DNA of 64,000 nucleotides from Candidatus Aminicenantes bacterium. Lineage in GTDB: Bacteria > Acidobacteriota > Aminicenantia > UBA2199. Shown here piece after piece: positions 1 to 8,751 of this stretch. The position numbers and the translations under genes are program-made. Positions within the stretch are counted from its first letter, which is position 1; every line of letters starts with the position of its first letter. Below the pieces are notes generated by a model. It saw only the letters and a list, made by a program, of their open reading frames with translations. It was not told the origin of the DNA and did no database searches. The stretch covers positions 39,829-103,828 of the forward strand of contig JAFGSF010000005.1 in the NCBI GenBank assembly GCA_016934745.1, read 5' to 3'.

Positions 1-59
1 GGGTTCATGGAGTATGATACGGATTGTCGACAATTGGGAAAAAGAGCTTTTTTTTATTT

Positions 60-1079
60 TTACTCGAAAAGGGGTGTAATGAAATCGGCAAGTTCCCTGG
101 CGGCAATGGCCATGCCGTCCCGGTTGGGATGGAGACCGTCCACCCAAATGTTAGCGGTCTTACTCGAAATAAAGGGCTGGTTGAGATCGAGAAAGGGAAT
201 TTCCCTTCGCCGCAACCAGCGGTTGATTTTATCATGTAATGCGGCATAGATATAATGATCGCCGTTATTTCGAAACGGAAAGAAGACCACCGCCAACGGA
301 ATTTTCAAATTTCTCGAAAAATCAATGATTCGGTCCAGGTAGCGAAAAGCCTTATCCTCCCCCAACTGAAAAATATCCTTCGCTACGAAATTTTTCTCCC
401 GTTTTTTCTTGAGCAAATAGAGTTTCAAATTGATGAATTTGAAGAGATGGGAATGGCTCATCAGAAACCCGGTAAAACCGTTTTTGGAGAACATATAGGG
501 GATCTGGAAATCATAATAAGGGGTGAGCAGCAGTTTGCCCTGATTCGCGGTTTTTACGGTCAAGGTTCTCTCAAAATCATTTGGCCCAATCTGCATTACC
601 ATAATATCGGGATTGAATTTCGCCACCGTCTCCTTGACCATAAAATATTCCTGCACGAGATTGTACCCGACCACTCCCATGCCCATTGTTTCGACTTTAT
701 ATCCCCTGCTGCGTAAAATTCTTTCCAGTTGTTTGTGATAGGTGTCCTCCAATGGAATCAGCCAGCCGTATGTCAGGGAGTCGCCGACAAATATGATTCT
801 TTTTTTGTCTCCCTTGCGGATCCGATAGGGTTTGTCTCGGAAACCGGCGGAATTGATCTGGAACTCGATTCCATCATACACCGCCCGGGAATCGGGTAGC
901 AATTCATATAAAATATTCTTGTTCCTGGACAGCCGGTAGGTTTGCGAAGCAAAAATATCAGCATCCCGTTTCGGGCGGAATTGGAAGGGATCAATGATCC
1001 TTAAGAAAATTTCCAGGAAGACTAATGTGAAGACTGTGGAAAAGAGAACAATCAAAATTCCGATCCATCTCCTTTTCAC
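60..1079 (-). CDS. Membrane-anchored SGNH/GDSL hydrolase family protein
   Basis: N-terminal TM helix, GDSLTYG block I, GPND block III, DGLHPN catalytic DxxH. GTG at 1079 preferred over TTG at 1085 because it overlaps the uORF stop (GTGA). Confidence 0.85.
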   Translation of the reverse strand: MKRRWIGILIVLFSTVFTLVFLEIFLRIIDPFQFRPKRDADIFASQTYRLSRNKNILYELLPDSRAVYDGIEFQINSAGFRDKPYRIRKGDKKRIIFVGDSLTYGWLIPLEDTYHKQLERILRSRGYKVETMGMGVVGYNLVQEYFMVKETVAKFNPDIMVMQIGPNDFERTLTVKTANQGKLLLTPYYDFQIPYMFSKNGFTGFLMSHSHLFKFINLKLYLLKKKREKNFVAKDIFQLGEDKAFRYLDRIIDFSRNLKIPLAVVFFPFRNNGDHYIYAALHDKINRWLRRREIPFLDLNQPFISSKTANIWVDGLHPNRDGMAIAARELADFITPLFE

Positions 1080-1129
1080 GGCCAAAGCTCAGGAAATAAA
1101 TAATGAATCGCCAAATTGTTTTTCGGCAT
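1076..1129 (-). CDS. Putative 17-aa leaderless uORF (MPKNNLAIHYLFPELWP)
   Basis: ATG is 6 nt after TATAAT; its TGA overlaps the GTG of the SGNH gene. Confidence 0.45.
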   Translation of the reverse strand: MPKNNLAIHYLFPELWP

Positions 1130-1135
1130 GGGCAG

Positions 1136-1164
1136 ATTATATTTCAACTTTTTCTGAATTGCAA
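1136..1164 (-). promoter_or_regulatory. sigma70-like promoter TTGCAA-17-TATAAT
   Basis: Near-consensus hexamers with 17-nt spacer; ATG 6 nt downstream. Confidence 0.7.
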
Positions 1165-1213
1165 TCGCCTGGCAAACCATGCCCTCGCTGCTTTACTTCT
1201 TTATTCCTCCATA

Positions 1214-1222
1214 TGATATAAT
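1214..1222 (+). promoter_or_regulatory. Extended -10 promoter TGaTATAAT, leaderless
   Basis: TATAAT at 1217-1222, 6 nt, then ATG 1229; no SD. Confidence 0.6.
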
Positions 1223-1228
1223 CGCATT

Positions 1229-2878
1229 ATGAAAAGAACGCTAGCCCAATCATCATTGACCTCGAAAAAGTGGATTGGCCTGGCCTTGCTCCTGGTATTT
1301 GCCGCCGCATTCAGGTTGCAACATATCAAGGCCGACCCTCCCACCCTCTTGCCTCAGATTTCGGGGAGCGCCGGAATCTATTTTGATGAGGGGATCTACA
1401 GCCACAACGCCCGAAATAAAATCCTTTTTGGACAATGGATCACGGACGAATGGAATCCGATGGTCTACAATGCGCCCCTGACCATGATCTACTATCTGGC
1501 ATTCGGGCTGTTCGGAGTATCCATCGTCACGGTCAAAGTCGTTAACATCCTCTTTGGTCTGTTGGGTATCCTCCTCTTATATGCCGGCCTGCGGCATTAC
1601 CTGGAATCCGGCCAAGCCCTGGCCTTGACCTCCCTCTTTGCGTTTGACTTTTACGGACTGATGTACAACCGCATCGGACTGCTCGAGAATTTTTCCACGC
1701 TCTGCTTTCTGCTCAGCTTTTATCTCTTTGTCCGCTCTGAGGCGAGGCGCTGGCCAGTCTTTTTCCTGGGCTTAACCGCAGCTGTTGCCGCTCTATCCAA
1801 GTATTTGTTAATCTATTTCCTGATCTCGACCCTGTTGGCCGTCGCTTACCGGGCCTGGCAGCGTTCCGACTTCCGTTATTTCCTTGCATTCCTGGCAGGC
1901 GGGTTCGCGGCCGCTCTACCCTGGTTTTTAGGCATTTACCTGCCGTTCCAAGCAACTTTTAAAAAAATTGGCTCTGGCTGGGGCATGTTATCCCTTCCCC
2001 GCTCCATCGGCCAGGTTTTCAGCAACCTAGTGCACAATCCTTTGCCACGCTATCTCCAGCTAATGCCGGTAGCGGGCCTGCTGCTGATCCTTTTCGGGGC
2101 CTGGGCGCTTTTAAAGATCATTCGCTCCCGGACGACAGGAAGGCCGAGCGGCCTTGACGTTTTTATTGCACTCTGGATCGCCGGCGCCGTCTTTTCCATG
2201 GGCGTCCTGAGTTATCGGCCCCTGCGCTATTACCTGCCACTGCTGCCCGCCATATACCTGGCAGTTTCGCTGCTGCTCAGGGACCGCGACTGGATCCATT
2301 CCCAAAGCCGCCTGTTCTGGCCGTTGGCCGTCCTTGTGGCTTCCTTGTCACTCCCTTTCTTCCAGTTTATTACTGCCGCCCACTCCGCCTTCATGGTTTT
2401 TCCATTGTTCATGCGCGGCGCTGTTTTTCTTTCCCTGGCCGGGATCGTTATATTCTTTGCCGCTCCGAACGCAGCTTTGAAAACGGCCGGAGCAACAGCT
2501 GTCTTTGCCGTCAGCTTGAGCTGTTCGCTATTTCTTTATGCCGATCAATTTTATCACAAACCGGGTTATCGCTTGGAGGCCGCCTCGCGTTTCATGGAAA
2601 CACTTCCCGCCGGCTCAGTGGTCATGGGCCAGGAAGCGCCCCGATTAACCCTGGGCACACGCTTTCATGCCATCCTGGCTTATGAGAATTGGTTCAATGA
2701 CCACGACCCTTTTAGACGTTTCGCTCCAAACTACATTCTGGTTCTGGACAAGTTTGGAGGTGCTGAAATGGGCTGGATCCAGCGAAAATTCCCGGAAGTC
2801 GCCAACTCCCTGCGGCTCGTTCATACGTTTCCGATTTGGGATAAGACAATGTCATTGTATCGGGTGCCAAAAAAGTGA
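1229..2878 (+). CDS. GT-C superfamily (ArnT/PMT-like, GT39/GT83) glycosyltransferase
   Basis: DEG motif in the first periplasmic loop, many TM helices, LSKY and RYYLPLLP motifs. Confidence 0.75.
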   Translation: MKRTLAQSSLTSKKWIGLALLLVFAAAFRLQHIKADPPTLLPQISGSAGIYFDEGIYSHNARNKILFGQWITDEWNPMVYNAPLTMIYYLAFGLFGVSIVTVKVVNILFGLLGILLLYAGLRHYLESGQALALTSLFAFDFYGLMYNRIGLLENFSTLCFLLSFYLFVRSEARRWPVFFLGLTAAVAALSKYLLIYFLISTLLAVAYRAWQRSDFRYFLAFLAGGFAAALPWFLGIYLPFQATFKKIGSGWGMLSLPRSIGQVFSNLVHNPLPRYLQLMPVAGLLLILFGAWALLKIIRSRTTGRPSGLDVFIALWIAGAVFSMGVLSYRPLRYYLPLLPAIYLAVSLLLRDRDWIHSQSRLFWPLAVLVASLSLPFFQFITAAHSAFMVFPLFMRGAVFLSLAGIVIFFAAPNAALKTAGATAVFAVSLSCSLFLYADQFYHKPGYRLEAASRFMETLPAGSVVMGQEAPRLTLGTRFHAILAYENWFNDHDPFRRFAPNYILVLDKFGGAEMGWIQRKFPEVANSLRLVHTFPIWDKTMSLYRVPKK

Positions 2879-2936
2879 TTTTCGGCGAGGTGCAGTTGTA
2901 AACAGGATCGAACCTGTTTAAGTCTGAAGGAGATTT

Positions 2937-5249
2937 TCAGGCTGTTTTATCTTGTCCAGTCCTTGTGCTGAAAAAGGCCGCCGATAAGTAGGACAAGGCG
3001 GCCAGCACAAGCACGATGGTGAAATTCCAGTTAATGGAGACGATAACGGTCAGGATCGAACCGACGACCGTGGCGAACGAGTTTGCCCCCCATGCCCAGC
3101 CGATCATAGCCTTGTTTTTCCTTCCCAAACGTCGAATGCCTTCGGGGAAAAAAGCTCCCATGAAGAAACCCGCCAAGGATATCAGTACAAAGGAAGACAG
3201 GACGCGCCAAGGGAAATCAAGGAACATCAGGCGGTCGATAATAGAGAACATGGCAAAGCCATAGATCGTGAGCAGCGTGGCCAAGAAAAGCGCGAAGACC
3301 GGGATCATGTGTTTTCCAAGCCGACGAAAGAGCCGTGCCGACAGCAGGCTGCCGACGCCGGAAGAGACCAGCAGGGAGAAAATGATGATTGAGATCGAAA
3401 TGGCGGGACTGCCGAGAAAGAGCTGGAAAATCTTTATGAAAATGATCTCGACCATGATGAAGGCCAGTCCAATGAAGAAGAAATAGGAGATCAGCGGATT
3501 CTGGCTAGCGTCCGATCGTCTCCGCCGGAGGGGCAGGTAGATGAACAAGAACGAAAAGAGCAGGGCCAGCGCCAGGATGGAAAGATATATGGAGTTGGAA
3601 TAAATGATCGCTGAACGGACAACGCCTTCCCCTATGCCCTGGAGAGGCATATTTTTGAAACGGAATTGACCAATACGGTTCGGCTGGTTGAAATATGGTG
3701 AGTTGTCGTAAACCGGGGCGATATTGACCGACGATTCCCGCACCGTCCCGTCCAGGTCTGCTATCATACGGTAAAAGAGATTATCCAACCGCATGTCGGG
3801 CGAATAGCTGATATCTTCGGGTGTAGCCACAGAGTTTTTGAGGATATCGTAATCATGGGCGGTGAAGGCGCCCTTTTTAAGATAAAAAAAGTTGAAGCCT
3901 CCGGGATGCTGGGCGATAAAGAACTTCTCCTCAGGATGTTCTATCCCCATCTCCTTCAAGGCCTGCAGCGCTGTCGCAAACAACCTCTCGCCGTTCCAAT
4001 GCACAATGTAGATTAAACCGTCCGCTTCGAGGTGCTCCCAGTAGTCCTTGAAACTTTCCACGGTGTAAATATATGTCTCGGATATACTGAGGGCGCCGGA
4101 AAGAAGAGAATCGGCGTTATGCGAGTTGACCATCTGGATCACATCAAACTTACGGCTTAGACGCTTGAGGACACTCCGCCCTTCATCAGCAACGAGGTTC
4201 ACTTGCGGTAGATTGAAAATCCCTCCCGTGTAGTCAGCATATTCTTTCTTAAGAAGGGCGCAGATAACCGGGTCCATCTCTATCGCCACAATATATCGAA
4301 AACCGTGAGACAGGGCGCAGAGGACCTCGTACCCCCCGGCCGAGCCGATGATAATCGCGGTACCATTCCGGGCTATCTGGAAGGGCAGGGAAGCAGGATC
4401 CCACTCGATTTTTTTCAGCGTGGCCAAGTTGCCGTCGAACGGCATGATGAACGATTGCATGGTGCCGCCGTTTATCCAGATGACTTTGCGTAACTCTAGC
4501 CACGGGGCTACATCAATCTTGTCGATTGTGCTCCACTTGCTGAATTCGATGCGCTTATTCTTTAATTGGGCATTGTACTGACGCTTATCAGACTCAAGCG
4601 TTGGGACGATAGGGAAGACTCTGGCTTCAAATAGGAAGGCCGCGGCAAAAACAGCAATGAGAACACCTGAAACCGCAAAGCGGAAGGCCTTACGGCCTGT
4701 GGTTATGAAGAACCAGGCCAGCGCCAGGAGGCAGAAGAGGAAGATAAGTACCCGGTTCGGGCCCAGCCAGGGGATGAGTGGGATGATGGCCAGGGAACCC
4801 AGGCTGGCCCCTGCCAGGTCAATGAAATAAAGACGGCCGATATTCTCGGAATAAGCGGAAAAGATCAGGGCCAGCACCACCCCCCCGAAAAAGAAAGGCA
4901 GCAGCAGGACCAGAAAATTGATGATCAGGAAGAGGAAGTTATGGAAGGGTGCGAAAAGGTGGAGGAAGTCGATCGTGAACATCAGGGTCACCTTGTAGGC
5001 CAGTGGAAACGAGATGACTAAAAGCAGGAGAAAGCGAGACAGCAGCGTCGCCTGGTCTTTACGCTCGGAGAGATTGCGAATTGCTAGGAAGACTCCACTC
5101 AGACCATATCCGAAAAGAGCCAAAGAGATGATAAGAAATGCAAATTGTCCAAAGTAGATTACAGAGAAAACTCGGGTCAAGAGCACTTCGGCCAGCATCG
5201 TGGTAAAAGTGATGACGAATATTGTGAACAGCAGCTTCCATCGTTTCAT
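2937..5249 (-). CDS. Membrane spermidine-synthase-like SAM-dependent transferase
   Basis: N- and C-terminal TM bundles (Y-x-x-DLAGA, AWGAN) flank a class I MTase domain (IIGSAGGYEV, IEMDP, DEGR, YTVE). GGAGG precedes ATG 5249. Confidence 0.75.
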   Translation of the reverse strand: MKRWKLLFTIFVITFTTMLAEVLLTRVFSVIYFGQFAFLIISLALFGYGLSGVFLAIRNLSERKDQATLLSRFLLLLVISFPLAYKVTLMFTIDFLHLFAPFHNFLFLIINFLVLLLPFFFGGVVLALIFSAYSENIGRLYFIDLAGASLGSLAIIPLIPWLGPNRVLIFLFCLLALAWFFITTGRKAFRFAVSGVLIAVFAAAFLFEARVFPIVPTLESDKRQYNAQLKNKRIEFSKWSTIDKIDVAPWLELRKVIWINGGTMQSFIMPFDGNLATLKKIEWDPASLPFQIARNGTAIIIGSAGGYEVLCALSHGFRYIVAIEMDPVICALLKKEYADYTGGIFNLPQVNLVADEGRSVLKRLSRKFDVIQMVNSHNADSLLSGALSISETYIYTVESFKDYWEHLEADGLIYIVHWNGERLFATALQALKEMGIEHPEEKFFIAQHPGGFNFFYLKKGAFTAHDYDILKNSVATPEDISYSPDMRLDNLFYRMIADLDGTVRESSVNIAPVYDNSPYFNQPNRIGQFRFKNMPLQGIGEGVVRSAIIYSNSIYLSILALALLFSFLFIYLPLRRRRSDASQNPLISYFFFIGLAFIMVEIIFIKIFQLFLGSPAISISIIIFSLLVSSGVGSLLSARLFRRLGKHMIPVFALFLATLLTIYGFAMFSIIDRLMFLDFPWRVLSSFVLISLAGFFMGAFFPEGIRRLGRKNKAMIGWAWGANSFATVVGSILTVIVSINWNFTIVLVLAALSYLSAAFFSTRTGQDKTA

Positions 5250-5341
5250 TAATTCCTCCAAAAGAAAAGAAAATATTATAGCATCGCCGAGGCTGACCGT
5301 CAATTTCATTGTGCGGTGAAAAAATGGCTTCTTGCAGGCTA

Positions 5342-5370
5342 TTGACATTGCAACACATAATCCTCAAAAT
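5342..5370 (+). promoter_or_regulatory. Promoter TTGACA-17-CAAAAT, leaderless
   Basis: Perfect -35; ATG 5377 follows 6 nt after the -10. Confidence 0.6.
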
Positions 5371-5376
5371 GCATGC

Positions 5377-7803
5377 ATGGAGAAAATCGTTGTTCCTGTA
5401 AATTCTTGCGGACGCCAGAAAAAGCTCCGGGACATGCTCCAGCATCTCGTTTTTATGGCACTGGCAACGGGAATCGCTCTTTTTCTCCAGCTGTGCAACC
5501 AAGCCCCCGACTTCTCGATTAAAAACCATTATTTCCGTCCCGAGATCGGATCACTCCTTGTGTCAACCGTCATTATTTTTATTCTTCTGATCGGGATTTG
5601 GGTTCTCATCAGCCAAATCTGGGCGAAAAAAAGCCTGCTCAACTATAAAGAGTCTTTGGCCCTTGATTTCCCGACCTATGCGCCAATCGGTTTCCTTTTT
5701 CTTGCACCATTGGTCCTGACTCATTATTTGACCCGAGAAGATATTCTGGAACGGCTCGGCCTTTTTGCCTTCGCCGCCGCGGCGGCTGTTCTTTATCTCA
5801 AAATCGTCCGCATGGGCCAAGCCAACCAAACAGGGAAAGCGAATTGGAGCGTTTACCTTGATATTTTCCTGGCCTGGCCGCTCCGCCGGCGGATTATCAT
5901 TTTAACCTTTATCGCCCTCCTTCTGACCAACAGCGGGGTGCAGATCATGACCAGCCAGGGAAAATCCTTCGGCGGCGATGAACCGCATTATCTGCTGATA
6001 GCACACAGCTTGGTTAAGGACGGTGACCTGGATCTCGCCAATAACTATCAAAACGCGGACTTCAAGGCATATATGCCGCCCCAGGTTTCTCAGCTTCAGC
6101 CTCATACTGCACCGGCGAAAAAAAAAGGCGTCGCCTATTCCTTTCATTCTCCGGGAATAGCGATCTTGCTTCTTCCTTTCTATGCGCTCGGCCTACTGTT
6201 GGGGAAAAGCATGCTGATTTTCCTGGTTCGCTTCGGGATGAGTCTGATTGGCGCCTTTTTCGGGATTCAAATCTATCTTTTTGCACGGGAAGCTTGGAAC
6301 CGGGAAAGGCTTGCGCTCGGCTTATGGGCCGTTGTCACCCTGAGTGCACCGGTCTTTTTTTACCCTACTCACATCTATACGGAATTGGTCGTCGCCGCCT
6401 TCGGCCTATTTGTTTTTCGCCGCTTGCGTTCAGCCGGCACCCTCAATGCCAGAAACTTGACCCTGATCGGCTTTCTGCTCGCATCTTTCATTTGGTTCCA
6501 CGCCCTGAAATACGTGTTCATCCAGGCCCCCCTTTTTTTATATGCGCTATTGAATGTTTGGAAAAGCAGCGAGGCAAAAAACCGTTTCGGCCGGCTGGCC
6601 GCATTTTTTATCCCGGCAGGTTTGTGTTTTGCGGCCTATTTCTACCTTCAATATGCTATCTATGGCTCTTTCAATCCTACGGCTGTTTCCTTCCAGGGCG
6701 CTATGAACGGCCGGCAAACCATGGGTTTTCTCAAAAGCCTGTTAACCGGGATTCCATTCAGACTCCGCTGGGAAACCTTGGCCGGGTATTTCCTTGACCA
6801 ACGAGACGGCCTATTTCTTTACGCCCCGGTTTATATCTTCGCCTTTCTTGGCGTAATAGCAATGCTTCGCGCCAAGTCCAAAGATGTCGGTTGGCTATTG
6901 TTTATCGCTTCTCCCTACATCCTTATATCGGCATTTCTTACTCAACGAACAGGCTATGCCCCACAAGCCAGGCCGCTTGTTCCCGTAATATGGGTGCTGG
7001 CGATTTTCATCGGCGGTTTTATCGCTGAAAACGGGAAACGATTGTACCGAATTCTCTTTAATAGCGCCGTGGGGCTTTCGCTGCTCTTTACCTGGTTGTT
7101 ATGCCGGAATCCATTCGCACTTTATCAGGAGACAACATTCGGGATAACCGAGCGGGCCGGTGCTTTGTTCGTCATATTGAGCAACCTCCATTTCTACCTG
7201 CCGAACCGCTTGCCTTCATTTATCAAGATCGATGCAGGCCGCTGGACGCCGAACATCGTCTGGATCATGGCCCTAGTGCTGTTCATCGGCGCCTATTTTT
7301 TCGTCCGCGGCCATGAACTTAAACTGTCATTTGCCGGACATGGCGCAGTGATCTCCGTGTTGCTGGCCGGGTTTTTCGCGATGTACGTCTTTTTCCCCAG
7401 GCCCGTTCTCAAGTCGCCGCAGATAGTGGCTCTGCCCACGGGGGAGACATGGGCATTCTATCCCTTTTCACGTGTGGCCCGGATGGGAGAACCGGGGAAT
7501 TTCACCCTTTTCCAAGACGACCGGGATTATATTTTTTTCTTTGCGACGCAGAATCCCGTGGCTAAGCTTGATGTCGGTTTCGGCTCCTCCTTCGGTGTCT
7601 ATGATATTCAGTTGCTGATAGCCGATGATCCGGTCTTTGCCGCTACCACCCGCCGCGAAGTGCTGTCCCGGACGATCGAATCGCCGCCCGCTTACCGCTG
7701 GAAAGGATTGAACCTCTACCGCATCTCGATCCGGCTCGATAAAAAATCTGATGTGCGGACGGCCGTCACACCCTACACGTTCACCCTTCGGCCGGGTCGT
7801 TGA
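5377..7803 (+). CDS. Large polytopic membrane protein, probable GT-C glycosyltransferase
   Basis: GDEPHY loop motif, D-x-DL-x-NNY, GLFLYAP, many TM segments. Confidence 0.65.
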   Translation: MEKIVVPVNSCGRQKKLRDMLQHLVFMALATGIALFLQLCNQAPDFSIKNHYFRPEIGSLLVSTVIIFILLIGIWVLISQIWAKKSLLNYKESLALDFPTYAPIGFLFLAPLVLTHYLTREDILERLGLFAFAAAAAVLYLKIVRMGQANQTGKANWSVYLDIFLAWPLRRRIIILTFIALLLTNSGVQIMTSQGKSFGGDEPHYLLIAHSLVKDGDLDLANNYQNADFKAYMPPQVSQLQPHTAPAKKKGVAYSFHSPGIAILLLPFYALGLLLGKSMLIFLVRFGMSLIGAFFGIQIYLFAREAWNRERLALGLWAVVTLSAPVFFYPTHIYTELVVAAFGLFVFRRLRSAGTLNARNLTLIGFLLASFIWFHALKYVFIQAPLFLYALLNVWKSSEAKNRFGRLAAFFIPAGLCFAAYFYLQYAIYGSFNPTAVSFQGAMNGRQTMGFLKSLLTGIPFRLRWETLAGYFLDQRDGLFLYAPVYIFAFLGVIAMLRAKSKDVGWLLFIASPYILISAFLTQRTGYAPQARPLVPVIWVLAIFIGGFIAENGKRLYRILFNSAVGLSLLFTWLLCRNPFALYQETTFGITERAGALFVILSNLHFYLPNRLPSFIKIDAGRWTPNIVWIMALVLFIGAYFFVRGHELKLSFAGHGAVISVLLAGFFAMYVFFPRPVLKSPQIVALPTGETWAFYPFSRVARMGEPGNFTLFQDDRDYIFFFATQNPVAKLDVGFGSSFGVYDIQLLIADDPVFAATTRREVLSRTIESPPAYRWKGLNLYRISIRLDKKSDVRTAVTPYTFTLRPGR

Positions 7804-8542
7804 ACATCGCGAACCGCTTCAAGCCCTTTTTATGCATCTTGAATTTAACGAGTGTTTTTAAAATGGAAAAACCATAAATGATGCTCCGCCGCAGCCCGAT
7901 TTGGGAAGCCTCGGAGAAATAGCGCGTTTCGATCGGGATCTCGCGTATGCTCATTCCGTGAAGGACTCCTTGGGCAATGATTTCCGTATCGAAAACGAAA
8001 TCGTTGGAATTGGCCATGAAATTCACTGTTTCGAGATAACGCCGGGAATAGGCCCGCAAGCCGGAATGATATTCTGTGAGATACATATAAAACGTGGCAT
8101 TCTCGATGGCCGTCAGGAAGATATTGGCCAGATATTTCCACTTGGGCATTCCGCCTTCGAGGGGACGTCCGCCTAGCATGCGCGAGCCGAAGACCGCGTC
8201 GCAGGAACCGTCGAGAAGCGGTTGGACGAGATGGGGAACAACGCGGGGATCATACTGATGGTCGGGATGGACCATGATCATGATCTCCGCCCCGATTTTC
8301 AGTGCCTGTGTGTAGCAGGTTTTCTGGTTTCCGCCGTAGCCCAAATTCTTCTTGTGGACGAACACACGCAAGCCCAAGCGTCTGGCCAATTCGACCGTTC
8401 CATCACGGCTGCCGTCATCGACCAGGATGATCTCGTCCACCCAGGACCGGTCAATATCAGCCAGGGTTCGCTCGAGCGTCTTTTCAGCGTTGTAGGCCGG
8501 CATGACGACAACGATTTTTTTTCCGTGTTTCGGTGCATCCAT
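7781..8542 (-). CDS. GT2 glycosyltransferase (DPM1-like polyprenol-phosphate sugar synthase)
   Basis: VVMPAYN, VDDGSRD, NLGYGGNQK, HPDHQY, FVFDTE, EIPI motifs; GGAG before ATG 8542. Confidence 0.85.
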   Translation of the reverse strand: MDAPKHGKKIVVVMPAYNAEKTLERTLADIDRSWVDEIILVDDGSRDGTVELARRLGLRVFVHKKNLGYGGNQKTCYTQALKIGAEIMIMVHPDHQYDPRVVPHLVQPLLDGSCDAVFGSRMLGGRPLEGGMPKWKYLANIFLTAIENATFYMYLTEYHSGLRAYSRRYLETVNFMANSNDFVFDTEIIAQGVLHGMSIREIPIETRYFSEASQIGLRRSIIYGFSILKTLVKFKMHKKGLKRFAMFNDPAEG

Positions 8543-8751
8543 ATCGATACGTTTCTCCGTAAGAAGGACTTTATATAACATTTTTCCCAGGGTTTGTCGA
8601 CCCCCTTAAGCGCAATTAAATATTGATTAAATCATTAAAGTATTATATTCTTCAAATATTGACAACTTTGATGATGCAAAATATTGTTTCAATTATTTGC
8701 CAGAATGACTAGTGAAAAAAGGAAAATTTGTAACACTGGAACAGAAATCCC

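Noticed and set aside
1..8. Possible ATG of a minus-strand gene leaving the window
   Set aside because: Too little sequence to support.
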